Origin: Amphiscolops sp. MND2022
Taxonomy: Eukaryota
Assembly: GCA_964187785.1 (NCBI GenBank)
Contig: OZ076409.1
Location: 90,150,001-90,214,000 of the forward strand
Length of the DNA stretch: 64,000 nucleotides
Direction: 5' to 3'
This document shows, one piece after another, positions 1 through 14,034 of the stretch. The notes below the pieces were generated by a model that was not told where the DNA came from, searched no databases, and was given only the letters and a program-made list of their open reading frames with translations. The stretch's first letter is position 1. Each line of letters begins with the position of its first letter. The position numbers and the translations under genes are program-made.

Positions 1-2700
1 CATTTGTTCTTCCACGGAAAAAGTATTACAGTGTGTGAAAAGAATTCGATGCAAAAAAGCATGGAAACTAAAGCGAAGAGACAAATTGTTTGCTCTCATT
101 GCTTTCTTCACAGTCTGCACGGCCCGTTCGGCAACTGCATTGCTCCTTGGGCTGTAGATTGGACTCTTCAACTTGGTGCATCCTTGAGCCTTTAACGACC
201 TGACAACTTTGTTGTTGAAAAATTCATTAGTGTTGTCGGAGACTAATGTGCGCGACATCCCGAATCTCCCTATGATGGCGGATAGACAAAGCATTATTTT
301 TCCCTGGGGCAAACGCCGCATATGAACGCTTCTATCCAACCAAAATCAGCATCGCCCGATTGTTCAGTTCATGGTTGGTTGTTTGCACATTTAGAGCAAT
401 CTCGTATGAGTTTTTCAAATTCTTTTCTGGCAACAAACCACCAAGATATATGTTTCACTATGTTCTTAGTTCCCTGTACAACAGGATGAGTATCATGAGC
501 TTGTTCAATGACGGTGTTCCGCATTTCTGGTGGAATGTAAGGTCTTGTTCCGTTGTGAAGCAGCCTTGTCTCGACTGTGAGGGTACTAGATACTTTCCTT
601 GAAAACTCTCTCTGCTTGAGTACATGCTTTCCAATCGCCATCCACTTCGTTGATTCATCGGGTTCACATTCACGCCGCAACTCTCCCTATAGAAAGAGTT
701 TATGCTCCGCAAAGTGAACACGGAATTCATTACGTTGGGGTTCGATTGATCGACTAGATTGCAGCCGTCGTCATCCTGATCGTTATGAAGTCTGCTCATG
801 GCGGCGGCATGAGGAATGGGAAAACCTTCTGCGTATTTAATCTCATAATCAAACGTCGTAAGGGAAATTGGCAACTTTGTGATTTTTGTTGAAGCGATTC
901 TTGTTGAAGCGTTGTTCTTAGTTCGGAGCTAATATGAATTCCAGAGGACGGTGATTAGTTTCCAGCTTGAATTGCCGGCCAAGTAAGAACTGCTTTAAGC
1001 GTTTTACAACGAAAACAATCGTTAGAATGTTAATGTGATGCACTAATCGCTAATGTATGTGTACCTTTGCTCAGCTTGAGATAACGTCTTTAATAAATAA
1101 AACACAGGGTGCTCTTCTGAGAAAAGTTATTGCTCCGTCGATAGCTCTCTCAAAAGGATCAGTTGTGATGCTTACTTCTTTTTCCAGAGATTACGGCTGA
1201 ACAACAAGTTTCGCTGATAGTTCCGATTTCAGCCTTTTGCATGCACGTTGACTGACGGCTCGTTGACATTTCCAATCCACTGGAACTCAATCGCCGACCT
1301 TTTCTTCAGATCAGTCATTGAGCCAATGTTTGAAGTGACGTTTGGGATGAACCGGTCGTAGAAATTGACCAATCTGCCAAATTATTCGCCTCCGTTAACA
1401 CTTTGAGGAGGAACGGTTATCCTTGTTTTTTGGCGAGGTAATCAGTGGGCTCAATCTCGCTTTCTGAAATTGTGAAACCGAGACAAGTGATTTTTCCATG
1501 GTATTTCCAGACTTGAATTGATTAATGGTGGACCCTTTGTCTTTGAACCGACCCTGAACTAACGTCGTACGGTTCTCACGTTGACTTTTCGTTCCTTCGT
1601 GTACCAGTACTTCGTCTTGAAAACAACTTGTTCCAATCATTCTTCTGAGAGTTTTCGTTGGAACATTCAGGATGCGTTTTTCAAATTTTGAAGTAATCGG
1701 AAAAACTTGAAGAGACCAAGTGTTGTGTGGATGATGGCAAAATCTTGCCCTTCATCATCCAGCATTAATCGATGATAGGTCAATCTTCACTTTCAACGTT
1801 GATCCTTCCACCTCGCCGAATGAGGTTTCCATGTCCGGAAGCGGGTAGTCACTAGTCATGATCTTATCGTTTACTTGGAAATCGAGAACCGCACAAAGTG
1901 TGAAAGTTCCGTCTTTCTACCTTTGCCACACGACTGGCAAGGCTTTCAACACACCTCCTGGATCGACTGGGGCAAGGAATCCTTGTGCCTGAAGTTTTGC
2001 CGATTCAATCTTGACCTGCCCTCCATGGCAAGTGGAATTTTCCCAGCGCGACAAAAAACAGAGTTTGCGACAGGCTTCGGTTTGATAATGGCCCTAACTC
2101 CTTTGATGCCAGCCAGACCAGACTATTATATCAGATAAAGACATGTTGTGAAAATGATCAACTCGGGTCACGTCTCTGCCGATCAACCCGATTTCTTTCT
2201 CGGCATCGATAACCGCAAGGTCAACGCAATCCGATCTAACACTTTAGATGACCAAGTCTGTGTCCATGTGTTCATTCTGTTCTTCAACCCATCGGGGATT
2301 AGTCCCAATGTTATAGAGCTCATTCTCCGCCAAATTTTTTGTTGGGATAACGGTCACTAAAGAACCAGTATAGTTCTGTTTTCGAAATGGTACGAAATTC
2401 AACGTTGTTGCTTATGTGATGGACTGCTTCTACATTCGTATAATGTTCCGCATGACACATGGTTTCTTGTTCTTGCTTTTGTTCTTCACAAGCATGGTAC
2501 ACTGATGGGTTTTCGTTTTCGACAGGTTTTCCCCTCAGTTAGCGAGGCTTCTCGTTTCATAAAATTGCACACAATGAGTTTTGTCCTTGTTTCGAATAAC
2601 TGTGATACTTTTCATCTTCAGTTCAGCAGGGCATTCATAAAATGGGTAAATGGCTTTCGTCTACATTGTCCACACTGTTCTGCCTTTTGACAGCGACTCC
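1..2700 (-). mobile_element. Decayed Ty3/Gypsy LTR retrotransposon pol region (RT-RH-INT), running off the left edge
   Basis: Minus-strand fragments: RT (DYPLPDMETSF; TYHRLMLD..LGLFKFFRL..KNAS*MFQR; CFQDEVLV at the YLDD position), RNase H end (FDYEIKYAEG..IPHAAAMSRL), integrase HHCC (HDTHP..IRDCSKC) and YSPRSNAVAERAVQTVK. Domain order RT-RH-INT; many stops and frameshifts; right boundary approximate. Confidence 0.85.
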
Positions 2701-3140
2701 TATCTTTTTAATCGGCGCTTTTTTAAAAGAAAAAAGCCTGAGTATTACAGTGGGTAGCTTATTGCGGTTCATTCTGAATGGTCCATTTTTGTTGTTGATT
2801 GGTTCAACTAATTAGTCAAGAAGTCAACCCTAGTTTTGATTCGGATATAACGTATCAAAGATCTGATGTAGCGTTTTCAGAGTTGAATTTCGCAAGTAAC
2901 GTTAATAAAGTTCGAATTTAACGTTTTCGGATATAACGTTTTAAAGTTTGGATGTCAAAACACTGTTCAATAAAAGCCAGTAATGGTTAGACGGCACATA
3001 CCAGAGGGAAGACATGTTAAATGGCACATCAACATCTGGAATGAAGCAAGAAACAAAAAAGACATTTAAATCAGTGTACACTTCACCATTGGCGGAAGAC
3101 ACTAAGAGCGCAAACCAAAGGCCGTTTTGTTGCCTAACTT

Positions 3141-3670
3141 TTTTAGTCGGCGTTTTCCAAGAAAATCCCGACTCTTACAGTGGCTAGTTTTTTTAGTCAG
3201 TTCAACGCGAAACGTCCACTTTTTGTGCATTAATGCACATTTACCAACTTTTACCATATGTACTTAGTACTTCATTTACAACGCATCAAAAGCCTCTAAC
3301 ATGAGATAAAACGCCATTCGAAAGCATAAGGGTCCACTTTTTCGACACTATGAGACTATCCTCCTTTTTTCGGCACTGTGAGACTGATTTTTTCCGAATT
3401 TTTTTAATTGTTCCTCCCATCATTTTTTGATATTTTGCAACAGAATGGTTGTTCCAAAACTCCCAAAGCATCCCCCCTTTTACATTTTTAGGCACTATGC
3501 GACTTACCGGAAACTTCAAAGAATTCGAATAAAAAATTCGGAAACTTTTTTTCTCAATTTTTAGTTTTTTGAGAGTTTTCGTTGTCTCCAGTCGTAGAAA
3601 AAGTGGTTTTCGTTTTCGAGTCTTTTTGAGCCTTAGATATGGCGCCGACTTGGCCCGTTCCCGGCTTGTT
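3141..3670 (+). mobile_element. Non-autonomous Helentron-type repeat, family A (complete copy)
   Basis: 5' TT-AGTCGGCG..CCCGACT nested inverted repeat; 3' subterminal GCGCCGACT followed by a short GC stem-loop and CTTGTT; internal TTTTCGGCACT(A/G)TG motifs. Same architecture at 59831-60334 and 62541-62987. Confidence 0.6.
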
Positions 3671-3711
3671 CCTTGTTCCTCACTAGGGAACAAGCTAAGA
3701 TCGAAGGCGCT

Positions 3712-4772
3712 TCGGTAACTAAGATCTAAAGAACTAAGATCTTAGTGTCATTTTCCGTAACTAAGATCTAGAAATTACCAGCTCCTAAATCGTAACTAAC
3801 AGTGAGGTGATAAAAAATGCAAAAACTTGCGTCGCATATGTTTCTATCACCTCTAGTGCCCCGCGGCCCCTTGGGGCCGCTTATGTTCCTATCTTGCCAA
3901 GAGAGGTCGAACAGGAGCAAAATCCGAGCGGGAATGGAAGCAAACGTGGGAGCTGGTCTTTGCGACGATGAGGGCGAGCGTGCATACAATGCAAATGCCC
4001 CACATTATGATAATTTCGCTTTTTGAAAGTCCATATGGATTGAAGTTCTTTTTTTGTTTGTTTTGATGGCCCAATAAATATGTCCTTCTTATTTTAGACC
4101 TTAGTTTCAGTGGTATGGAACAAGTTTGTAGAAAACTAGTTTATAGAATTCAGTTTGTAAAAAAGTGAGGTCCAGTTTGTGGAACTTGATTCTACAAACT
4201 GGACAATAGTTATATTTTTTCCACCAGTTTGTAGAGATACCAACCAGTTTGTAGAAGAACAAATTGTAGAATCGAGTTTGTAAACCATCAATTCAAGAAG
4301 AAATACGAAAAAACCAAAAAATAGGAATGAAGCAAAGTGTAAAACGTGCCTCGGTTATGTCCCCATTTCCTCTAGTACCCCGCCGCCACTTGGGGCCGCT
4401 TACGTTCTCATCTTGCTAAGCGAGGTCGAACAGGAGCAAAGACCTAGCAGGAACGGAGATCGCGAAGCAATCGTAGTAAGAGCTGGTCTTTGCGACGGTG
4501 AGGGCGAGAGTGCACACGCCGGCATGCCCCACATTTCAGTTTTTAGATCTTACTCCTTCCTGGCGGTGGAGCTGTCAGGATCTTGTGTGAAGGATGTCCA
4601 GTTTTTAGAATTAAATTATCCAGTTTGTAAAAAAATTTCTACAAAATGGACCACCTGGGACCAGTTTGTAGAGTTCTACAAACTGGTATTCTACAAACTG
4701 GACCTAATTCGTAACGGCGCATGCTTTTTAAATCTTAGTTTTTTGATCTTATTCCTTGGATTTTAGTTACGA
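3712..4772. repeat. Nested MITE-like elements (ACTAAGATCT-array outer, AGTTTGTAG-array inner), each with a shared GC-rich cassette
   Basis: Inverted subterminal arrays (ggtaactaagatc...gattttagttacg; agtttgtag...ctacaaact). A ~190-bp cassette containing gcggccccttggggccgc lies at ~3835-4015, with a variant copy at ~4350-4535. Confidence 0.55.
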
Positions 4773-5199
4773 CTTGCCATATAGCCATGTGTCACGATAT
4801 TGACATTTGAAATGAGAACCTTCCATATTGCGTCTTGAATTGAACTCTGAACCATCATTCTATCACACCTTTGTTTATAAAATTGTTGTTCTGAATGTGA
4901 ATCTGTTCGCTCCCACTTGATCAAGTCCACCCATCGACATCGGGTGTTTCAAGTATCTAAACAATTTATCTATTCATAGTCAATTTTCATACCAAGTGTT
5001 CGAAAGAATGCTAAAATTGAGCGAAACATTAGACCCACGAATCCATGTCTCAATGTTACTACTTGGCAAAGGGAGCGAAGCCACCGATCCATACATTAAA
5101 TATGCTAAAAATATGTTAAAAACAAACTAAAAATTTGGTTACAAATTCAATTCAGTTTATTACAAATGAACAAGTTTTTTAGCCATTGCTTAAATTAGA

Positions 5200-7990
5200 A
5201 TGGACGTGGCCTAATTTTGTGGCTATTTGGTCGAAAAATTTAGACCAACTGACTCGACGAATTTTTAGCCCAAATTACTTCAATTCAAGTGATTATAATA
5301 AAACGAGCACAATTATTGATTGACATGTTAATAATGATGAACCTGAATAAAACTATTCATGAATGGATATTGCCAAAGCGTCGAAATTTTGCAAGGTATT
5401 CATTGCGTCGAAAAGAAATTATCAAATGTTCTATTAAAGTATATAACTGGAAAATATTATGGTGGAAAACATGAATAGCATGATAACGGAAGCACCTACG
5501 AAAGCTGTCCTAACATTTATGGGCTTAGTGAGAGGAGTTTGTGAAAATTCGATTCCACGGAAAACACTTTGTAAAAATTCCAAGCCATACTGGAGCAAAA
5601 AATTGACTCACTTATTGAAAAAATTGAAAGAGGCACGCAAAAAAATATAGACTCCAATGTAACCCGGAAAACAAAAACATTGTTGAAATGGCTGAAATCG
5701 AATTCAAAAAAGAAATGAAAAAGAATAATACCCCTTGGACGCAAAATGGCATCATTAAAATGAATGAGGGAAACTCAAAAACATTTTTCGATAATATCCG
5801 CAAATTCAAAAGTTCATAGGGCTTGAATAACATAGGAGTACTTCGTCACAAGGGTAAGACACTGGAAAAGGATTGCCATGAAGCTGCTCTCTTTCAACGT
5901 CTTTTCTTCGATGGCGCACACCTTACTGGTAAACTTTTTCACGACGCTTTTTATGAAAAAACAAAAGTAGAAGTGAAAGAGAAGTTGGTTCACACCGTTG
6001 GGAATTATTACAAGGAGGAGGCCAAGAATTATCTAAACATGCATACTACAGTGAAAGAACTTAAACAAGCCATAAATTAAATGAAGACGATCAACAAGGG
6101 CGTGGTTCCTTATGGCCTTCACCCTGAACAACTATTTTGTTTTCAGCAAGGCAAGTCAACTTTGCATTACTTATACAAAGTATATCATGATGTTTTGGCA
6201 AGGAAAAGTTTACCAATAGCAACAGTATATGATCTAGAGATACTTTTGATTCCGTAGAATGTTGAAAGTCAGTATTCAAGTCAATGAATATATCGGCATG
6301 TCATTTATCCCTCTTATTGGTTTGCCTCAGGGGGCTGTACTGTCACACTTTTGTTTATATAATATACGAAGGACTTCCTCCAAGAAACGGACTTAACATA
6401 TAAGTATGCAGATGACAGTACTTCTCTTTCAAGCAAAGAAAACCTAAGCACATCTTTAGAAAAGGCGGAAAACTATACATAGAAAAGGAGCCAGGTGCTG
6501 AATAAAGACAAAGCTGAACATATAAATTTCTCAAAAGAAGCATTTCAGTCCGACTATAAACTTGTTGCGAGAAGTAAAAAACTTGGCCAATGATTCGAAC
6601 GAGATTTGAGTTTCAAAACACAAGCTGCCATTATCTCTGCCTCAATGGTTAATTTCTGGAAAGAAACCAGTATACTTATAACGGTAAAGGGCTTAATGCC
6701 ATTTGGCTTAAAATCATTTGGCTTAATGACGTTGGTCGCTTTGCTTAATTTTTTCAAACCAAATGTCTCGGGTTTTGGTCATTCGGCTCAAAGTCATTTG
6801 ACTTAAAACCACTTAGTTGAAAACACAAGTTAATCTTTATAACGTAGTCAGCGTATTATTATAACATGTCAAATCAAGCACCCCTCGGATATGTCCCATT
6901 TCCTCTAGTGCCCCGCGGCCCCTTGGGGCCGCCTATATTACCATCTTGCTAAGCGAGGTCGAACAGGAGCAAAGACCTAGCGGTAACGAAGATCGCGAAG
7001 CGATCGGAGAGTGAGCTGGTCTTTGCGACGGTGACGGCGAGCGTGCATACACCGCATATGCCCGACATTATGATATTTCCGGGAGTTGACATGTTTATTC
7101 CTTGAGTTGGAATGGAATTGGCCTAATTTTGTGGTCAGTTGGCTTACAAATTTTAGGCCAAATGACTCCTAAGAAGTATTATGCCAAGTGGCATTAAGCA
7201 AAGTGACCTGTGACCCTTATAACGCAAGGATTAAATCCATTTTACGCTGTACAGATCTTTGATTCATATGTGAAACCACGTTTCACGTACTGTATGACTA
7301 TTTGATTTCATCAAAACATGACATCTTTTGACAAGATGTGGTGGAGTGTTCATAAATCTATCTTTGAGATAAGAAACTACCAAGTATCGAAACACGAAGT
7401 AAGTGTTTTAAGTAATATTTTGCCTCCCTCTCTACTCTACACTAATCAAGCTTAATTGTTTCTACATTCAACCGCTAGAAGTGCACATATTCTAAACCCA
7501 GGTAATTTAGCAATCATACCCCAACATATTATTATAATGAGATTATTCTTGGTACACAAACTTTCAACTGTAAGTCGTGATCCTGATAAAATTAAGGCAA
7601 TATACATACAATATGCTAGACAATCCTCAGTCAGTTCTTCTAAGAAGGAGGTGGATGAGTATTGCAGGCACTTATGGCAACGAGAAAAGAAGCAAGGTCT
7701 TATGTATTCAAAATACTCAGGGCTTAAAGTAAGAAAGAGCATCAAGAAAATGCTAGCACCATATCCTCGGAAAACTTCTGTCAAAACGCTACGTGTTCTA
7801 ATGACTGATTTGAAGTACGCGAAGTATTATTCAGAAGTAATGAGAGCAAAACCGATACTTGTCCCTTTTGTAGAGTTGTTGATGATACTGCACATTTCTT
7901 ATTTTCCTGTGTCTCATACCAAGAACACCGAAGGAAGTTCATTGAGGAGCTTAAAAATCAAAAAATTGACGAAACGATAGTTAGTTTGCT
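5200..7990 (+). pseudogene. Decayed non-LTR (LINE) ORF2 remnant, interrupted by a MITE
   Basis: KPYWSKKLTHLLKKLKEARKK (cf. KPYWCEELSSKTRELRKARK in the LINE at 16 kb), GLPQGAVLS at ~6320, YADD at ~6405, and C-terminal CPFCRVVDDTAHFLFSC at ~7860-7910. Confidence 0.75.
6682..7208. repeat. MITE with TTGGCTTAA subterminal arrays and the shared GC cassette
   Basis: ggcttaatgccatttggc ... gccaagtggcattaagcaaagtgacc inverted ends; near-copy of 8306-8831. Confidence 0.7.
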
Positions 7991-8305
7991 AAATTGCGAA
8001 AACAAGCATGTTATAAGCGCATTGGCTGGCTTTATTGCAAGCATCGAATAATTCCTGTAACCCTGCAATCCTCACTTGCCTTCCTGTGCCAATTCTTTTA
8101 TACTATTGCACATGACGAAGTCAATGTGCCTTGTAGTCCAGCTAAGTAAGTTTTTTTTCCACTATAGACAACTTCATAATGAGCGCCTGTTAGAAAAAAG
8201 CCAAAACCCCAGAGAGATTCGAACCTGCAGCCTCCCGATTGCACGGCATAAGTGTTGACGGGTGGGCGGAAGTAGGTCGAAGGAACAGGATCGAAAATGG
8301 TAAAT

Positions 8306-8831
8306 GGTCACTTGGCTTAATGCCATTTGGCCCAAAGTCATTTGGCTTAATACAATTGGTCACTTGGCTTACTTTTTAAGCTAAGTGTCTCGGGTATTGG
8401 TCATATGGCTCAAAGACATTTGACTTAAAACCACTTAGTTGAAAACACAAGTTAATCTTTATAACGTAGTCAGCGTATTATTATAACATGTCATATCAAG
8501 TAACCCTCGGATATGTCCCCATTTCCTCTAGTGCCCGGCGGCCACTTGGGGCCGCTTATATTCCCATCTTGCTAAGCGAGGTCGAACAGGAGCAAAGACC
8601 TAGCGGGAGCGAAGATCGCTAAGCGATCGGAGTGTGAGCTGGTCTTTGCGACGGTGAGGGCGAGCGTGCATACACCGCATATGCCCGACATTATGATATT
8701 TCCGGGAGTTCACATATTTATTCCTTGAGTTGGTATGGAGTTGGCCTAATTTTGTGGTCACTTGGCTTAAAATTTTTAAGTTGAATGACTCGACGAAAAA
8801 ATTAGGCCAAATGGTATTAAGCCAAGTGACT
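8306..8831. repeat. MITE with ~26-bp TIRs and the shared GC cassette
   Basis: ggtcacttggcttaatgccatttggc ... gccaaatggtattaagccaagtgact; cassette at ~8500-8703. Confidence 0.75.
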
Positions 8832-9945
8832 GGTAACATCGAAAATCAGAGTTAGTCCTCAACTCGGATCGAAATTTTATAACGTTGTCAGATATGTTCA
8901 CATACCCCTAGTGCCCTGAATGCAGGAGCGACGTGCCATATGGCCATGCCTCAATGTTGCTACTTGGCAAAGGGAGCGAAGCGACCGAGCCATACAACAA
9001 ATACGATAAAATTCGACCGCATTCCATTCGATCGCTGCAATTCGATCAAAAGGTTCGACCTCTGTCCTTTCGACCAGAAAAATTCGACCTATTTACAGCC
9101 ACCCAGTATTGACCACTGGGCCATAGGGACGTTATTGAACAAAGTTGAACTGTTGAATATATACGCATGCGATTGAATATATACGATTTTTCGGCATCTT
9201 TAAAATAATCGATGTCTTCATCATGTGTTGCGAAGCACCGCTTCGCCTCTGTGTTTTCTTTGTTCTGAAATTAGTGATAGAAAATCATTTTACTGCCACA
9301 TCCCGAAGGTTAATTGATCTCTTCTTCAACGCTCCTGGTTGGTTGAAAATTGACATATGAAAGAATTAAACTATTTTAATTTGTGTGCTACACATCGGCG
9401 AACAAATTACGATAACGTAGTCAGCTATGTTCACATTCTCCTAGTGCTCTAAATGCAGAAGCGAAGCGGAGGGACGTGCCAAATGGCCATGCCTCAATGT
9501 TGCTACTTGCCAAGGGAGCGAAGCGACCGATCCATACAACAAATATGTTAACCTCTCCAAACAACCTAAAAATAATCGCTGACATCGATTTTTGGAGGCT
9601 ATTCATACAGTCGAATTCAAACAGAAGTATTCAGAGCGTCGAAAATAAAGTTACCTATTCATCGCGTCGAAAAAATCCATATGCGTTCTCATCACTTTAT
9701 GCTAGCTTCATTCGAAGACGGAGCCAATTCAGAGTTTTCATGAATTGATTTTTACGTACTTTATGTGCAAACGGCATTTGTAGAAAATTTTTGTAGTTGC
9801 ATCAATTCGAGCCCCGAGTGTGAATAGTTTGTTGGTTGTTTTTTGTTTTTTTTTGCAGACCACGGGTGTGTCTTCTCCCCCCAACATGATGACACACATG
9901 GCACTTGATTGATGACAAAGATCCATGATACCTGATAGTGGAATA

Positions 9946-10178
9946 TATTAGGGCCTGAGCTCCTTCTGGTCGTAGCTGGGTTGTCGGACGACTGATGAAG
10001 AGTAGTTATTGTCAATACTTTATTTTGTGTTGTGAGTTGATAAAGTGATTCAGTCAAGTGAAGATAAAATAACAGGTACATGTTTACAAACAACAATATT
10101 ATACTAAATTAGTTCAGTCTGGTATAGTCTGAGATGGTTGACCTTTAATGGTCCTTTGACCTCCATCGATCTCTAACA
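9946..10178 (-). repeat. Copia 3' LTR
   Basis: Direct repeat of 20888-21120 (about 5 mismatches by eye); minus strand reads TGTTAG...CTAATA and is preceded by the purine tract GAGCGGGGG (10179-10187). Confidence 0.95.
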
Positions 10179-10379
10179 CCCCCGCTCGATGAGAGACTCC
10201 GAGGGTTGTTGTTTGATGATGGCGAACCACTGTGCTTGACCATCTGTCGTGTCAAGGCAGCGGTTGAGAGGGCTCTATCCATCAGTTGAAGAGAAGCTGA
10301 AAGTCGTCATAGTCCCAGTGATAACAAACACAATAATGAGTAATTTGAAATAATTGAGTTGTGAGGGAGGCAAGGGTTA

Positions 10380-13300
10380 AGTTGTTGATCGGGGTGGCTG
10401 AATGACGAAGAGTTGAGTTGAGAGCTCATTGAAGGCAGGCTTGGGTAGGTTCTTGGTGAAGATATCAGCCAAGTTTTGTGGAGACATAAGACAGTTGAAT
10501 GCGTTTGCCCTCAACCAGTTGACGTATGAAGTGGTGTCGGGTTTCTATGTGTTTAGCACGTTTGTGGGCGACAGAGTTGCTGGCCAGTGCGAGTGCCCCT
10601 TGATTGTCACCACACAACAGAACAGGCGTGTCCACCGTCATCAAGCAGAAGAATGTGAGCAAGCCTTGCAAATAGACTGCTTCCTGTGCAGCCAAAGCCA
10701 ACGAAACATACTCGGCTTCACAAGAGCTAAGTGCCACACACCCTTGCTTTTTGGACGCCCAAGAGACAACACTACTAGAACGACTTAGTTTGAAGCAAAA
10801 ACCCGAAGTTGACTTGCAATCGTCCTTGTCGGTGGCCCAATCGGAATCCGAAAAACCAAAAACTTCGAGATTTTCAGAGCGGTTATACACAAGAGATAGA
10901 GACTCGGTGCCCTTGAGAAAACGGAGAAGGTGTTTCAATGCACATCAATGGGCTTTACCAGGATTTGACACGAATTGAGCTAAGTTATAGACAGCAAAGC
11001 AAATATCGGGGCGACTAACAACGGACAAATACATTAAGTTTCCAACTAAGCTACGATATTGTTTCTGTTCGCAAATATCAAGTGACTTTTCACTACCTTC
11101 GATAGGGCAGTCCGATTTTGACTGTTTCGTATGGGGAATAGCTGGAGTACTGACTGGTTTACAATCAGACATATGACTTTTGCGCAAAATGTCCTTTTTC
11201 TATGACCGCTGACTAAGAGAAATGCGACCGCGTGACTGTTCAACATTGCATCCCAAAAACCAAGTCATTTTCCCACGATCATCGATGCTGAATGCATTGC
11301 TGAGTTTCGCCTTGAAATCATGCAGCATTTTGTCGTTGTTTGAAAAGTACAAAATGTCGTCGACCCAAACTAGTACAAAAAGTTGGGAACCATTAGTCCC
11401 ATCGCAACGAAAATGACAATGATCCTCGGCAGACTGTACAAATTTGTTCTTCAAAAACCACTGGGTTAAAGTTTTGTTCCATTCCCTCCCTGCTTGCCTT
11501 AAACCATATTGGCATTTTTGAAGCTTGCAATAAAGTATTTCACCATTAGCCCCCGCTTGCGCGAAGCCTTCTGGTTGTTCTATATAAATTTCATCACTCA
11601 AGTTCGCATTGAGGAAGGCTGAACGGACTTCTAACTGAAAAACAAAAGTCGACCAAGAAGCAGCGAGCGCAAAACAAATCCTCAAGGTACAAAGTTTGGC
11701 AGTAGGCGCAAAAGTTTCATCGTAATCGTTCCCAAAAACTTGCAAAAACCCTTGGGCTACGAAACGAGCCTTGAATTTTTCAATAGTTCCGTCGTCGTGT
11801 CGCTTAATTTTGGAAACCCATCGGCTTCCAATTGCTTTTCGGCCCGGGGGAAGCGGAGAAAGCACCCAAGTTTTGTTCTCAATGAGCGCATCGTACTCCT
11901 TTTGAGTAGCTTCGATCCATTCGTTTTTAAGCGATGATTTCATTGCTTCACGATAAGTTAGATTCTCATCGCCGTCATCCGTTAAAAGAACGTAGTCGTC
12001 TAGATACGCAGGCGGTTTGATAACTCTCCCACTTTGAGACCGCAAAAAAGCACTACTTTCATTGGCTTCAATTTTCTCAGATGAAACACATCAACGGGGG
12101 AAGCAGTTGTTTCAGTTTCGAAATCATTCAATGTTTCAGTCGGTAAAGTAGGAACTGAAGACTTTTCGCAAAAATGTTTCTGTGTTTCAGTCAAAACTTG
12201 TTTCGGTGCCGGTTTTTCGGTTACAAATGCTCGGATGTTTTGACTTGGGTGCGCAGCAAAAAAGTCAAAAGAAGTCTCCTCAAAGGAGACGTTGCGAGAA
12301 AACGAAGTCTTTTTAGAATAAGGATTGTACAAAATGTATGCTTCGGAATCCTCAGAACAACCAACAAAAACTTCTTTGGTGGCTTTATCGGAAAGTTTGT
12401 CTTGATGCGTTTCAATATGTTTGAAAGCAGTACATCCAAAAACTTTCAAGTTGGAAAGATCTGGTTTTTTACCAAAAAACATTTCGAAGGGCCTTTTACC
12501 TTTTGGTAAACTAACTGTGAGGCAACGGTTTGAAATGTAAAAAGCAGTGTGTAAGGCCCGAACCCAAAATTCATTGCCGAGTTTTGCTGTTTTTAGCATG
12601 CAGCGAGCCATTTCGACTGTTGTTCGCCAGCGACTTTCACTCACACCATTTTGATGAGGCGAATAAGGGGCAGTATGCTCACGTTTGATTCGGTTTGATA
12701 TACAAAAACTTCGAAAAGACTTGGAAATGTCCTCTTTCCTATTATCAGAACGGATTGCTCTGGGCGTTCCCACTTGCGCACAAAAAATTTTGAATTTATA
12801 TAGGCACTCCTCTTTCGATTTGAGGAAATATACCGCTGAGTACCTGCTGTAGCTGTCCGTAAAAGAAATAGCGTATCGATTGCCACCAAGCGAAGTAGTT
12901 GGCATCGGTCCCAAAATGTCAGTGAAGACGAGATCAAGTTTCGAAGATTTTCGTTTCTCCTTTTTTCAAGATACTGGCTGCCGTCGTGACTTAGAAAATT
13001 TGCAAACTTCACAACAATAAAGTTTATCAAAAGCACTGTGTTTCAAGCTCATCCCGAAACATGATGAGCCAACGCTTCACATTTTTGAAATTGTTGTGAC
13101 CAAGGCGATGATGCCACAACACCGCTTCTTTGTTTTCGCCGGAAAAAGAGCAAAAATCAAATGTCTTTCCTTTCAAAACGTAAAGATTAGCGTGCTCTTC
13201 AAAAGGAATAGTTGCTTTTTCATTGACAAAAATGCTCAGAGATTTTCCGAAATTCACTTGAGCCCCGTTTTGTCTCAACTTGCTAACGCTGATCAAGTTA

Positions 13301-13782
13301 TGAGAATGATCAGGAAGAAAAAGACAGTCGGGAAATGTCACACAGCATTCGATCACTTCTTTGTCTAAAAGTAAAAGAAAAACTTTTCCTACACCCTCAA
13401 CTTGCGAAAAAGTCCCATTCGCATTTTTTACTTTGCTTTGTGTTTCTTCGCTAAAGTCGAAGAACAGGGAACGGTCAAAAAACATATGCGAGGAAGCACC
13501 AGAGTCGATGACCAAGGTGTGCTCCTTCACCTCCCATTTTTGGCTAGTGAGTGCAGTCTCACTACCATCGCAAAAGAAAACTAAGTCCTCAGCTAGGTTT
13601 GACTCTCCTGTCTCAGCACTTGACTTAGGGTTCAAAAGAGGATTTTTCTTGAAACATTTTTTCTGTTCATGGCCAAAACGCCTGCAAAAGTTACACTGGG
13701 ATACTCTACAAGTGGCTTGTTTATGTCCACTTTTACCGCAACGCCTACACTTTCCATTGAACTGTTCAGGTTTACGCGCGGA
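10380..13782 (-). pseudogene. Copia pol: Zn knuckles, protease, GAG-pre-integrase, rve integrase, RT and RNase H (frameshifted)
   Basis: ORFs 13027-13905, 12000-12914, 11200-12045, 10945-11187 and 10465-10938 with DSGASSHM, WHHRLGH, IRSDN..SPHQNGVSE, KARFVAQGF, VWVDDIL and SSCEAEY. Confidence 0.92.
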
Positions 13783-14034
13783 TAAACCTGATTGTTGTGA
13801 TAATTTATAAGTTTCAGAGACGTTGATTAAAAGTGAACGCACATCTCGTTGCTGGACACAACTTCGGATCTTGTGGACCTGGATTGGACCTTGACTGGTT
13901 TGCAAACGGCTACAAGGGCATCAGTTGCAGACACGTTGACTGCTTGCGGACCTGGATTGGACGTTGACTGGTTTGCAAAAAGGCTACAGGCTCAACTCAA
14001 TCCTGTTAGTTCGTTCCTTTATCTATCTTTATAC

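Noticed and set aside
3700..9200. CRISPR-like array suggested by short repeated words
   Set aside because: Irregular spacing, inverted organisation, eukaryotic context and no cas genes; these are MITE subterminal arrays.
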